From: Felis catus
Taxonomy: Eukaryota
Length of the DNA: 64,000 nucleotides
Assembly (NCBI RefSeq): GCF_018350175.1
Contig: NC_058368.1
Location: 211,732,001 to 211,796,000 of the forward strand
Direction of reading: 5' to 3'
Below, one piece after another: positions 36,363 through 47,336 of this stretch. Every line of letters begins with the position of its first letter. Position 1 is the first letter of the stretch. Position numbers and translations under genes: made by a program. The notes below the pieces were generated by a model that worked only from the letters and a program-made list of their open reading frames with translations, ran no database searches and was not told the origin of the DNA.

Positions 36363-37095
36363 CTTTCTCGTTGCAATTTATAGTGGCATTAAATTTACCT
36401 AACAAATCTCCACCAACAAGGTTTGCTGGTGAACGGTTGGAAATTAGAAAGGCGTGGTGAGTGTTAAGAGGGTCGAAAGACACCAAGCTGTGCTGGGATT
36501 TGGGCAACAAGATGGGTTGCCCTTGAGAGACTAAGAGAAAAATTACCAGGTGTACTCACAACTGCAAAGAAAAGACCTCCTCCCCCCCCCCCCCCCAACC
36601 GCCCCCTTCCTGGAACCAGCCAGGGCGTGCCTGGTTGTGGTCTGACCTAAAGGCGGGAACCAATCAAGTTCTGCTGAGTGGTTTGAAAAAAAAGGCGGGA
36701 ACCAATCAAGTTCTGCTGAGTGTTCAAATTTAAATGTCACCAATAACAGCTCTGTAACCTCAAAAAATCTCTAACTTGTTTGTGCCTGTCAATAAAAGAA
36801 GCTGTAAGATCCTCGCTTGGGGCCTCTTAGCGTCACCGGCAACGAGTGCGCGGAGGACCGGGTTCGAACCTGCAATAAACGACCCTTGCCGCTTGGCTTT
36901 GACTCTGGACTCTGGTGGTTTGTTTTCGGGGGTCTCTCGAATCGGGGCATATCACCCCAAGCCTGCAACAGCCTCTGCTTAGACTCAGAAGTGACAGGTA
37001 GAGATATACACTCTGGGCGGATGGGAGAGAAAGTTGCCCAGGGCCAGTTAAGAAATCCAGTTCCTGATCCTCCCTTTGAAGTTTTATGGTAGATC
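36363..37095 (-). pseudogene. pro: ERV-A protease remnant, split by a solo LTR
   Basis: ELDFLTGPG(A)TFS (decayed FLxDTGA) at ~37030-37060; AEAVAGLG|GQPILLPKS..HAFLISNRSPANLVGGDLLGKFNATI. Confidence 0.85.
36524..36954 (+). mobile_element. Young gammaretrovirus-type solo LTR
   Basis: TGAGAGAC...gggcatatCA; TSD ccct / cccc; duplicated CCAAT module; AATAAA near 36874; CpG-rich R-U5. Confidence 0.9.
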
Positions 37096-37129
37096 CGGGT
37101 GTGACTGAGGATCCACTGACCCCGTGATT

Positions 37130-38200
37130 TAAGTGGGGAATTGTCCCTTGGGAGAAAACGGGATTTTCTAGGGGTTGTGGGGTTTCGGGGAGTTGTTTTT
37201 TAAACTTTCCTTTTTCTTAAGTGCAAGACAATTTCTCTTCCAACGTCCTGTGTTTTCTTGGGAGACAGTAGAGAGACCTGAGTGGTCTTTGAGTTATTCT
37301 CAGAGTGATGCTTTTGCCTTTCCAAAGATTCAAGTTCTAAAGCAAGAAATGTGCCTTTTAGTTCCCTTTAACCTTCTGCTTTCCTGCAAGTTTTTTTCAA
37401 AGAACTGGGTAGCTGTCTCCATTATTATGCTTAGTGGTGGCTCTGTCCAACTGATGGTATTACTGTGGATTTTTGTTATTGTTGTTGTTTTTATCTTGGG
37501 CAGGAAATTTCCCACTAAAGCAGAAATTAGAAAATTTCTGCGTTGTAGGGCTTCTGCATTTAAGGCAGTGTACCTTTGAAAAGTTTGCGTAAAACATTCG
37601 ACAGAGGTTTTGGAGTATTTCCTTTCTTTCTGAGTGCACATTAAAACCTCAGGCTGCTTTACTTCTGGAGGAAAGTCTTCCTTTATCATTCCTATTAACC
37701 CTTGAATATCAGCTCCTAGTTGAGCCTTCTCAAGGCCTCTCAGTGGAGGATAGAAAGGGTCCTTTATTCTTGAAGGTGCAAAGGGATGCGGTCGTCAGAA
37801 GCTTGTCACCTATTTCCGGGTTTTACAGTGCTTTCAGCCTAGGAGTTCTTCATATTGCACATCTTTTCTGCTTTTCTTTAGGCCCACCTTTTTGTGTGTA
37901 AGGGACTCAGACCAGCCAACGACTGCTTAGCATGCTTGACCTTAAACCCTCCTATCTGCTGAGATGGGACAGGCCCAGACAGCCTGATCTCTGAGCTGGG
38001 GCCTCATCTGGCTGCAGGCGCTCCAGCTGCAGAATGATTTCATTTACGTTGCTATTCAGAAACAAATGGCCCAGCTCAATGGAAAGTCTTTCATTTCTAA
38101 CAAGCAAGCCAGTATGTGGCATTTTTCTTTTCCTTACTCTATGGGGTAAAATGAGCCTTGCAGATGTTCCTGTAATACTAGAAGAATAAGATTCACAGAT
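37130..38200 (-). pseudogene. gag: ERV-A gag remnant
   Basis: CTQKERK..VECFTQTFQRYTALNAE..LISALVGNFLPKIK (major-homology-region-like); GRWKRNC (decayed Cys-His box); limits approximate. Confidence 0.8.
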
Positions 38201-38658
38201 GAGCTGCGAGAGTGGCTTGGCTCCCTACTGGGCTCGCCAGTTGCACTGTGGCCTGTGGTCAAGTAAGAGGAGCAGCTGGGAATCACATTTGGGAACTGAC
38301 TTCGCAGCTGTGGTCAGAAGGCCAGAAAGCCTGTTTGTACAGAGCCGTCCCTCACAAACTGTAGTGAGTACTTTCCTCCAAAAGCAAGGCCTGGAACAAA
38401 GGGGCTTAGATAAGAGTGTCTCTTGTCTTAGTAAGTCATGGGGGGCCCTCGTGCTGGTGTGGTGATGGAGCAGTAGTAGTCAATGGTGGTACTCACTGGG
38501 CAAGCAATATGTGGAAATCACTGAGAGATGAAAAAGGCACGGACCTACCCAAAAGGACTCAAATCGGGAAGCCCAGGAGCAGATAAAAAGAAATTAAACA
38601 AAAATTGGTCCATGATGACCCTAGGAATAGCCATCACCTTAAAAAGTAGAAACAGACA

Positions 38659-38882
38659 GCGGCGCCTAGGTGGCTCCGTCAGTTAAATGTCTGACTTCGG
38701 CTCAGGTCGGGATCTCGCTATCTGTGGGTTCAAGCTCCACGTCAGTCTCCGTGCTGACAGCTTGGGAGCCTGGAGCTTGCTTCAGATTCTGTGTCTCCTT
38801 CGCTTTCTGCCCCTCCCCACTCACACTGTCTCCCTCTCTCTCAAAAATAAATACACGCTAAAAAAAAAATAATAATAATAAA
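38659..38882 (+). mobile_element. CAN-SINE
   Basis: TSD ag(a/g)aacagaca; full body. Confidence 0.94.
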
Positions 38883-39062
38883 AGGAACAGACAGATGCTA
38901 GGGATGTATATTTTGTGGCAGACCCATTTTACCACGTGGATTAAAAGTTCAAAAGCCAAGAGTATACACTTTACGACAGTAATTCCCACATTCAAATGTC
39001 AGAGTCCTTTTAAGAGAGACCAGTTTGCAGGAACTGTAAACCCAGGAAAACCCTTCTTTCCT

Positions 39063-39774
39063 TGATGAGCTAACAAAAGGTAAGCTGAGGGCCAAGGCAA
39101 ACTCACTCCCCATCCCCTCCTGCTCCGAAGGTGGGATGTGTTGACATTCAGTTCCTCGGGCATTCACGACTGCGGGAGAACAAAGAAAGGAAAAACAAAT
39201 GGTCAAAGGATAAAGATCACAGTCACGCAGGACCTGAAACTCCACTAGTTTGTAACTGTCTTAATGATTTATGAGAAAAACACAATCATAATAATAGCCA
39301 GGCCTCTGGGAACCTATAGACTCAATTTCCTGGAGCCCTAATGTCATCCTCCCCTCCTTAGGATTAAAAAAACCCTACAGGGGCGCCTGGGTGGCTCAGT
39401 CGGTTAATCAGCGGACTTCGGCTCAGGTCATGACCTTGCGGTCCGTGGGTTCGAGCCCCGCGTCGGGCTCTGTGCTGACCGTTCAGAGCCTGGAGCCTGT
39501 TTCAGATTCTGTGTCTCCCTCTCTCTGCCCCTCCCCTGTTCATGCTCTGTCTCTCTCTGTCTCAAAAATAAATAAACGTTAAAAAAAATAATAATAAAAA
39601 AATAAAAATAAAAAAATAAAAAAACCCTACATAATCAGTCACTCCTCACACTTACAGTGCAGCTTTTTCTGCCCATGGATCCTGTCTCTGTGCTTCAGTG
39701 AAACCACCTTTTTGCACCAGAAACATTTCAAGAATTCTTTCTTGAGCATTCGCTCTTGGATCTAAATTTCATCA
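39063..39774 (+). mobile_element. ERV-B 5' LTR (contains a SINE)
   Basis: TGATGA...TCATCA inverted termini; followed by a PBS-like sequence; its R-U5 is repeated at 43885-43975. Confidence 0.85.
39380..39616 (+). mobile_element. Fairly young CAN-SINE in the ERV-B 5' LTR
   Basis: Perfect 15-bp TSD taaaaaaaccctaca at 39365-39379 and 39617-39631. Confidence 0.97.
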
Positions 39775-39777
39775 TTT

Positions 39778-39800
39778 TGGTTTCCAATGTTGGGGGCTTG
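39778..39800 (+). other. Decayed primer-binding site, probably tRNA-Lys(CUU)
   Basis: tggtttccaatgttgggggcttga versus TGGCGCCCAACGTGGGGCTCGA, 3 nt after the LTR end. Confidence 0.5.
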
Positions 39801-40669
39801 AGTCTTCTCATGTGGACTCAGCCTCAGTGCAAACTTGGTGAGTACTTCTTCGCTGCCTTTCCTTTCATTTCAGGGGCTTTTCGAGGTGCAGGTCTTATTG
39901 GAACACTTTCCTGTCAATTGCTCAGGCTGCAATCCTCTAGACTGTGGCTACTCTATGGAGAGGACCAAAAACCTCCGCCTTTTGACTGGAAGCTAGTACC
40001 CTGGCCACAATGGTAGTAAGACCCAGAAACTTGATGCCCTCTCTTTATTCTTATACGAACTTGTCTTTCTTGGGCACGGGACAGCCATCTGAGTCAGTAG
40101 GAAGGCTGCCAATCTTAAGACTCCTGACATTTCCTCCTCATTGGTCTTCACAACCCTGGCCTAGCCACTTCTGGTTGCAAGACCTCCGCCCAGAGCTGGC
40201 CCAAACCAGTACCTGATTGTTAAAAGCCAACCAGGGACCATTTCCTAGGAAAATCAGCTATAAGGACTACAGGTGTTGGAATGTTGCTTAGATCATGGTG
40301 GATTTCTATCTTTACTATGTTCCATCAATGTTCTCTACTAACTGCTTAAATTACAAAATTGGGTAATTTCCCCCTTGTAAAACTTTTTTTTTTAAGTGTT
40401 TTTGATGTGTTAAAAATGGTGTTTCTTCATGGCACAACATGGCATTTCAGTCCATTCACCAGACCCCATTTGCCTCAGATGCAGTAGAGAAGTGGGGGGA
40501 ATACCAGCATCCCTCCTATCAGGCAGGGTGGTGATCATAGCAACTTATTAGAGGGATGTCTCTGGTCACTTTGACACCAGGAACCTCTGACATATCCTGC
40601 ATGGGATGCCGCCCAGAAGTCAGGAGGGATTTTTTGGGTAATGGACCTTCTCTACTTTTTTAGGAATAT

Positions 40670-40840
40670 GGTCATGGTCTCACAATTCGTGGGTTCGAGC
40701 CCCACATCAGGATCTCTGCTGTCAGCATGGAACCCACTTCAGATCCTCTGTCTCCCTCTCTCTCCGCCCGTCCCCGGCTTGCACTCTCTCTGTCTCTCTC
40801 AAAAATAAATAATAAAACATTTCTTAAAAATAAATAAAAG
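40670..40840 (+). mobile_element. 5'-truncated CAN-SINE at the ERV-B gag-RT deletion junction
   Basis: Begins at 'ggtcatggtctcac'; no TSD found; the tail abuts RNase H. Confidence 0.9.
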
Positions 40841-41952
40841 ATTCCCCTATTGAAAATGCAGATGACAGTTGGTTTACTGATAGCAGTAGCTTCATGGATA
40901 AGGGAGAAAGAAAAGTCGGATATACTACATTTATTTTAAGACTACTGAGGCAAAAGCTGTTCCAAATTCAGCTCAAAAGGCTGAATTAATAGCACCTACC
41001 ATGCTCTTCAGTTGGCAAAATGCTTAGAAATTAATATTTATACTGACTCCAAATAGGCTTTCCCGGTGCTACATCCCCATGGGGCAATTTGGAAAGAAAG
41101 GGAATTATTATCAAGCCATAACTCCCCAATCAAAGATGGGCCCCAAATAATTACTCTTCTTGAGGCTGGACACCCACCTAAGGAGGTAGCTATAATTCAC
41201 CTCAAGGGACACCAAAAAGATTTGACCTTAGAATCCAAGGGAAACAATTTGGTAGACCGTGCAGTCAAGCAAGCAGTGCAAAATAAACAAATATTAAGTC
41301 TCACACCATTCTTAACTCTGATAACTCCATCATTCCAGCCTACTCAGACCAAAAAATTCACACAGCCCAGGAATGGGGATATTCAAAAAAAAAAAAAAAA
41401 AAAATGCACAGGACTGGTTTGTTAATGAGAGGGAAAGAAATCTTTATACTCAAAAATACCCAATGGAAGGTAGTACAGGGTTTATACTGGGCAAAAGTGC
41501 TTTAGAACATTTAATTAAAAATATATTTGATGGAGTAAATTTAACAATGACAATAAAACAGATCTCCAGATCCTGTGTTGTTTGCGCACAAGGAAATCTG
41601 GAAGGTGCAGTCTGCCCCAACCACCCCCACTTTGAAAACCCGCCCAAAGAGGAGTCCAGGAGACAACTGGCAGCTTCATTTCACACAAATGCCTCCTTAC
41701 AAAGGCTAGAAGTTCCTACTAGTGTTTGTTCATACGTTCACTGGATGGATCAAGGCCTTTCCGTGTAAAATTGAAAGAGCCACAGAAGTAACCAAAGTTT
41801 TGCTGGGAGAAACTATTCCTGGATTTGGCCTTCCACCATATCTCCAAAGTGACAATGGTCGTCTTTTAATCGCACAAATAACTCAGCCTGGCACCCACAA
41901 TCCTCTGGAAAGGTAGAAAAAAGCTAATTCTACTTTAAAACAACTCCTTACT

Positions 41953-42138
41953 GGGACGCCTGGGTGGCTCAGTTAAACATCTGACTCTTGGTTTCAGCTC
42001 AGGCCATGATTTGACAGTTCCTGAGATCAAGTCCGAGATGGGATCTATGCTGATAGCACAGAGCCTGCTTGGGATTCTCTCTCTTCCTCTCTCTGCCCGC
42101 CCCTCAAAATAAATAAATAAACTAAAAAATAAAATAGA
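41953..42138 (+). mobile_element. CAN-SINE inside ERV-B integrase
   Basis: Head 'gggacgcctgggtggctcag'; TSD ending in ccttact. Confidence 0.93.
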
Positions 42139-42463
42139 ATGAAAGGACACCTTACTAAACTTCGTTTAGAGACCCAGGAAAATAGGGTTACTCTCTTACA
42201 AATAGGACTTCTGAGGATACAAACTGCTCCAAAACAACTTATAGGACTAAGCCCTTTTGAGTTATTACATGGAAAACCATTTCTTACAGTGGACCTGTTA
42301 TTAGATGAAAATTATAATACTTTATTAAACAATTCTCTCAAGGCTGGTTTAGTTCATAAATTATTTAAAGAATATACTGATCACATGCACCCAAAACCTG
42401 ATTTAACTGTAACTGAAAGTCTATCCCATGTAAACAGAGACATGGTTTACTTAAAAGATTAGA

Positions 42464-42559
42464 TCCATCACTTACAACAATCTGTGCCAAATTCTACTTC
42501 TGAAACCAGTTTTGCACTGTATCTTGACTAACTACAATATAAGTAATTTAAAAAATAAA
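42464..42559 (+). mobile_element. ~100-bp carnivore L1 3' end with a 5' inversion
   Basis: 'aaattctacttctgaaaccagttttgcactgtatcttgactaactac' plus A tail; TSD taaaagattaga / taaaacattgga; removing it restores YLKDW. Confidence 0.75.
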
Positions 42560-42831
42560 TAAAACATTGGAAGTCAAATACAGTGGGGGACCTTAAAGTC
42601 AAAATGGAAAGGCCCATATTGGGTCATATTATGTACTCCCACTGGAGTAAAATTAGAGGGGCACTCTTCCTGGACTCATATGTCTAGAGTAAAACCTGTA
42701 CCTCCTTCACAGGAAACCCATGAACAAACTAGCATGCCTTCTTACTCCTGTGAACCTGTAGCTTTCAAATGCCTCTTCAAATGACAATGAAGGTTGTATA
42801 TTTTCTCTTTGTTTTCTGTTCACCTATTTTA

Positions 42832-43411
42832 TTTTATTTTATTTTATTTTATTTTATTTTATTTTTTTATTTTTAAAGTTTATTTATTTTTGAGAGAGAG
42901 AGACAGAGAGAATGAGCAAGGGAGGGGCAGAGAGAGAGAATCCCAAGCAGGCTTTGCACTGCCAATGCAGAGTAGGACCTGGGGCTTGAACTTGTTAGGA
43001 TGTCCTTGGAACCACAGTAGAAGGGACAGCCATCTTACCAGCGCAACCCAATGAAAAGCCCCTAGTAGCTGCCAGAACGAATCGGAGGTCAACCAATCAC
43101 CAAGCGACAGCACGACCTGACGCAAAAAAGGCCCACCCGGACCCTAAACCCGGAACAGCTGCAGCTTAAAAACCCCACCCCACCACACCTGGGCATGACT
43201 TCCCTGACTCCTCTTTCTCTCTCTCCTTGAGTCAGGGAACCTCGCCTGAGACCTTAGTTCCCAAATAAAGCCTTTGACTGCTAAAATTTTTTAGTCTCTG
43301 ACTCCTATCTTTACCCTGCCTTACGCCTGACCCTAACAGAACTCACAAAGCATGAGATCATGACCCCAGCCAAAGTCAGATGCTTAACCGACTGAACCAC
43401 CCAGGCACCCC
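42832..43411 (-). mobile_element. CAN-SINE in env, split by an LTR; (TTTTA)n tail
   Basis: TSD tgttcacc(t/a)atttta at 42817 and 43412. Confidence 0.93.
42993..43338 (+). mobile_element. Solo LTR (346 bp) inserted in the SINE B box
   Basis: TGTTAGG...CCTAACA inverted termini; perfect 5-bp TSD gaact at 42988-42992 and 43339-43343; CCAAT, TATA-like 'ttaaaaa' and AATAAA. Confidence 0.92.
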
Positions 43412-43884
43412 TGTTCACCAATTTTAGCAGACAATTCCTTTCTACAATGGGCACAACATTATGCTGAACTTCAAAATCAAACAGCTTGTTGGTATGTGGA
43501 GTTTTGCCCATGTCAAGTACATCCGGGTTCCCCCGGTGGGTTTCCCCTTTACAACGCACTGATTGTCACTCTCTATATACTTATTATTTCAGAAATAATA
43601 TATAACCCTAATGGCACCATGTTTCATGATCTCTCACTAATCAGGATGTTTCTTCTTGGCCCATGATCAATGGGACATGGAATTTCCCAGGATTTAACCA
43701 GACATTTTTCATACCCTCAAACTATTAAAATACTAACTAACTTCGCAAGCCCACAAATTGATGCCTGTCAGCGAGAGCCTGAATTATAAAGCCCTTCTTA
43801 TCGCTATACTGAGGATGGTATATATCATATTTGGGATGCATATTTACGGCTCATACCCACTACCAGACAGCTCGGTCAAAAGGC

Positions 43885-43975
43885 AATTTTAATAAAACCA
43901 CCTTTCTGCACTGAAAACATCTTAAGAATTCTTCCTTGACCATTTGCTCTTGGACCCAAACTTCGAATTACGTCA
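43885..43975 (+). mobile_element. ERV-B 3' LTR, R-U5 only
   Basis: 'aaaccacctttctgcactgaaaacatcttaagaattcttccttgaccatttgctcttgga' matches 39702-39760; proviral TSD-like tcct / ccct. Confidence 0.85.
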
Positions 43976-44078
43976 CCCTCACAAGCGATATTGATGTCAG
44001 TGGAAGGCACTCCTTTTCAGAGATCTAGCCTGTTCCTTCTCCTGCCTCGTTCTGTGCTGATTTTTACTCTTGTTAAGC

Positions 44079-45112
44079 TGTAAGGGAGGAAAATAAAACT
44101 TCTTCTACCCTCTTAGGTTCTGCCCCTGGGGCTCTGGAAATAAAACTGATAAAATACAGATTAAGAGGAGAAGAGTCATACAAATTGTATTTGATATTAA
44201 TAGTTTATGTGTACGTAAAAGAAATGAAGACCCAAAGAAGTGGTTAGGCCTGAGAGCTTATACACCATGCTTGCCAAAGACCTGTGAATTGTGGAGATGT
44301 GATAGACAAAGGTAAAGGAGTTTGAGTTTCTAGAGGTGGTAATCTGTGGGAAGGTAAATATAGGGGGGAATCTAATGGAAAACAAGGGTTGTTTAGTAAA
44401 GTTTGTTATGCAGATTGCTGTGTGTGTCTCTGGACTCATAAGAGGTTAGAGTCACTTCTGGGGATTACTGTGGTTCAGGGTCATTCCCTTACTTGGGGCC
44501 TGAGAGAGGGGAGGGGGACACCTCCACAGAGAGAAACTTATGCCCTGCTCTTACGCAAACAAGGGGAGAGTAGGGAGTTTTTCTGTGTCTTGCTAAAGTA
44601 AAATCAGAGCCTGACAATAGTTAAAGGGGAAAACAGGTTTTATTCAGGACTATGGCAATGGGGGGAAAGAGAGCCCAGTATAGAACTGGGCTCGTTCCAA
44701 ACACAGCATGGGCAAGTTGGAATGTATAGCTGAGGGTCCGGGTAGGGGTCAGGGGATGGAAAATTACTAAGAAGGAACCTCATGGGTAAGAGGGGATTCT
44801 GGCTAAGTCAAGCTAAGAGGACTCTTGCTGAGGGCAGGCCCCGTGCTCAGATGCCACCTGTGGGGTGACGGAGAATGAGGAGCCCAGTTAGGTATTGAGG
44901 GTGATCAGACATTAAAGGTGGGGATTCTAATCAAGCTGATGTAGCAAGATTCCTGCTAAAATTGGGTGATGTGGAGGTTGAACACAGAAGTACAAAAGTT
45001 GAGCAGAGGGCTCAGAGGAGACTCTGTCAGTCTACTGTGTCCCAGTTGCCTTCAACTCAAAATAATCCTTATGCCAAAGTGGCATATTTGAAGCTGCATA
45101 TTCTGATCCCCT
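44079..45112 (-). mobile_element. MER34-type LTR, split by another LTR
   Basis: Minus strand opens 'gaaggggatcagaatatgcagc...atatgccactttggcataaggattattttgagttgaaggcaa' and ends ...cccttaCA. Confidence 0.85.
44591..45029 (-). mobile_element. ERV1 solo LTR (MER31/MER67-like)
   Basis: TG...CA termini; perfect 4-bp TSD gtct at 44587-44590 and 45030-45033. Confidence 0.85.
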
Positions 45113-45649
45113 TCCCTGCTTTCATGGAGCTCAGCCATGTACGAGCGCCCCACAGGCAGACATCACAAGAAAGCCGATGCCTGGGCTGTGCAATAGACAT
45201 TTTAAATAATTTCCTCAGCTCTAGAGGCATTTGATTGCCATCATTGCCAGAACTCTTAATTATAGAGACAAAACTCCACTCCAGTTTACAGAATTCACAA
45301 AAGAATGTGTATAAAGTGACTGATACACAGCCTCAATTTTCTTAAAAATGCATATGCACATGCTTATGTAAATATTTGTGATTGTGCATTTGTTGATGAT
45401 TAATATCTGTCTCCCTGCCAAAGAGTAAACTCCTTGAGTGCAGGGATAATGTCAGCTGGAGCCTGAGAAACAGGAATGACTTTCTAAACAAATGAGCACA
45501 TGAGGAGTTTCCAGCAACCGAATGTATTATGTTTCCATCTCTTTACATGCCTTAGCTATAAATGGCTTTCTCAAAAAATCCTGACCTCTCTTTCAATCTG
45601 GATGATACAGTGCTTTGGAAATGTTTTAGATCTCATTATTTATCTCATA

Positions 45650-45870
45650 TGTGACTAACACCCCAGCTGCTGGGCTCAGAAATCCATCATCAGGTTCCTA
45701 TGGAGACCAGTCTTTCCACTGGCTGCTCGGGACACCAGGCACGCCTGCTTCTGGGATGGGGGAGTCTGGCTGGAGGCTTCCCCATCAGCCTTGCCAGATT
45801 TCCCTAGAATTGTACTGCTGTCTCAAACTCCTCCACCCAACCTTCCTCCCTTCTCTCCCTCCTTCTGGGA
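45650..45870 (+). mobile_element. LTR16-like ERVL fragment
   Basis: 'ccccagctgctgggctcagaaatccatc...ctggaggcttccccatcagccttgcc...ccacccaaccttcctccc'. Confidence 0.45.
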
Positions 45871-46479
45871 GCAGAGAAAAACCTGCCTGACTTTTAGGGT
45901 AAAGCACATGGGAGCAGCACACTAATCGACAAAAACCAGTGGCAGAAAACAGACGCAGCAGCCTGCCAGAGTCCCCTAGCCTCCCCTGGCCCCAGAGGGG
46001 CACAGAACACCCACGTGACCAAGGACATGGGTCAACTATAAACTTCAGGCATGAACTTTCTCCCAAGAACTTCGCTGTCACCCTGGGGAATAGATGGGGC
46101 AAGGCAGCCTCTTGAAATTGAAAATTTTCATACATGAAATGACTGAGTTATTAACAAATTACCCAAATATGTCATGTACTGGCGGTATCGCTTCTAGTTC
46201 CAAGGTGAACGGCGGCTCAAGAGCCAAATTTGGTTTAGGTTTAGAACAAATTTTAAAAACGAGGTTTTACAGATGAGTTTTGCAACTTTGAAAAATTTTA
46301 CACGGCAGATACACATGCTTATTGTACAAGTGCTCTCTTCACTAAAAGTTTCCTGATACTTAATGTATTGTGAGCGTCTTTCCGTGCCGATTCGATGCTT
46401 CTCACTTTCAGTGGGCACGTATATGCTGTTGAATGGCTGCTCCGCCTTTACCCAGCCACCCCCTTTCCCTGCCGGCCGT

Positions 46480-46763
46480 CAGCCAGGGGTCTTTCTCGGC
46501 TCCACGGCAACCTGCACCCCGGGGAACATTGCCCCCTCCATCTTCCAACCAGCAGTGGTGTGTCGCGGCTTTTCACACTTGGAGTTTCTCTGGCTTCCCC
46601 TTCTGCTGTGTCTCTTCCGCCTCCCGCCAAGTTAAAGGTCCTCCCTATCCTAGGTCTAGAGCCTAAATCACATATACAAAATCCTTTTTCCGTCGAATGC
46701 AGCGTTTTCTCAGGTTCCCAGGATTATGGCATTGACATTTTGGGGGCGCCTCTGCCTGCCACA
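46480..46763 (-). mobile_element. MaLR LTR fragment (MLT1C/D-like)
   Basis: 'ccctccatcttccaaccagcagtgg...caggttcccaggatta...gacattttggggg...ctgcctgccaca'. Confidence 0.65.
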
Positions 46764-47141
46764 GGGCTTTGCACCAAATGCCTGCAGTTAGGTGCCATTT
46801 ACATGTTAATTGTTTAATTTTATGGCCTTTCAGGTTCACGACACTCTTATTTCAGTACACAACATTACAGTAAATGCTTGTTTTGTTCTACACGGTTCAC
46901 ATATCTCACATACTCCAAATTTCCTCCACCCTGGGGTCAACTTTGGAGGAAAGAGCAAAGGCCACATCTGTAATCTTACTTCTTCCCGCACACAAAAATG
47001 TAGACTTGATCCCTGTGCATAAGAATATAGAGTTGAGAGCCAAGACAAATAATGCACCTGGAAAAAACTTATATCGGTTAGGATTAGCTGCAACTCCACA
47101 TGATGGGAAAGTTAACCTCTGAAGAGTTAAAGTGAAGTTTA

Positions 47142-47336
47142 GGGGCACCTGGGTGGCTCAGTTGGTGAAGTATCCAACTTCGGCTCAGGTCAAAACCTCA
47201 CGGTTCGTGAGTTCAAGCCCCACATCAGGTTCTGCGCTGACAGCTTGGGCCCTAATTGGATCCTCTGTCTCCCTCTCTCTTTGCCTCTCTCTCTCTTTCT
47301 CAAAAATAAATAAACATTAAAAAAAATGAAAAAGAA
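47142..47336 (+). mobile_element. CAN-SINE
   Basis: Full head, CT tract and tail. Confidence 0.94.

Larger units (their letters stand above)
40841..42785 (+). pseudogene. pol: ERV-B pol remnant: RNase H and integrase
   Basis: DSWFTDSSSF; NIYTDSK; HGAIWKERELL..VAIIHLKGHQK..GNNLVDRA; TFTGWIKAFP..LQSDNG; GLSPFELLHGKPF; KWKGPYWVILCTPTGVKLEGHSSWTHMSRVKP. Confidence 0.95.
42787..43880 (+). pseudogene. env: ERV-B env remnant (signal peptide and N-terminal SU; TM absent)
   Basis: MKVVYFLFVFCSPI|LADNSFLQWAQHYAELQNQTACW(V)CGVLPMSSTSGFPRWVSPLQ, after excising the SINE and correcting one frameshift. Confidence 0.8.

Noticed and set aside
36094..36510. 138-aa ORF as a novel protease fusion protein
   Set aside because: It is the protease C-half without the catalytic motif reading by chance into an inserted LTR, and it starts at a non-ATG codon.
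44079..45112. This LTR as the 5' LTR of ERV-A
   Set aside because: It shows only family-level resemblance to 30495-31063, has no adjacent PBS and no matching TSD; the ERV-A 5' LTR was not found.
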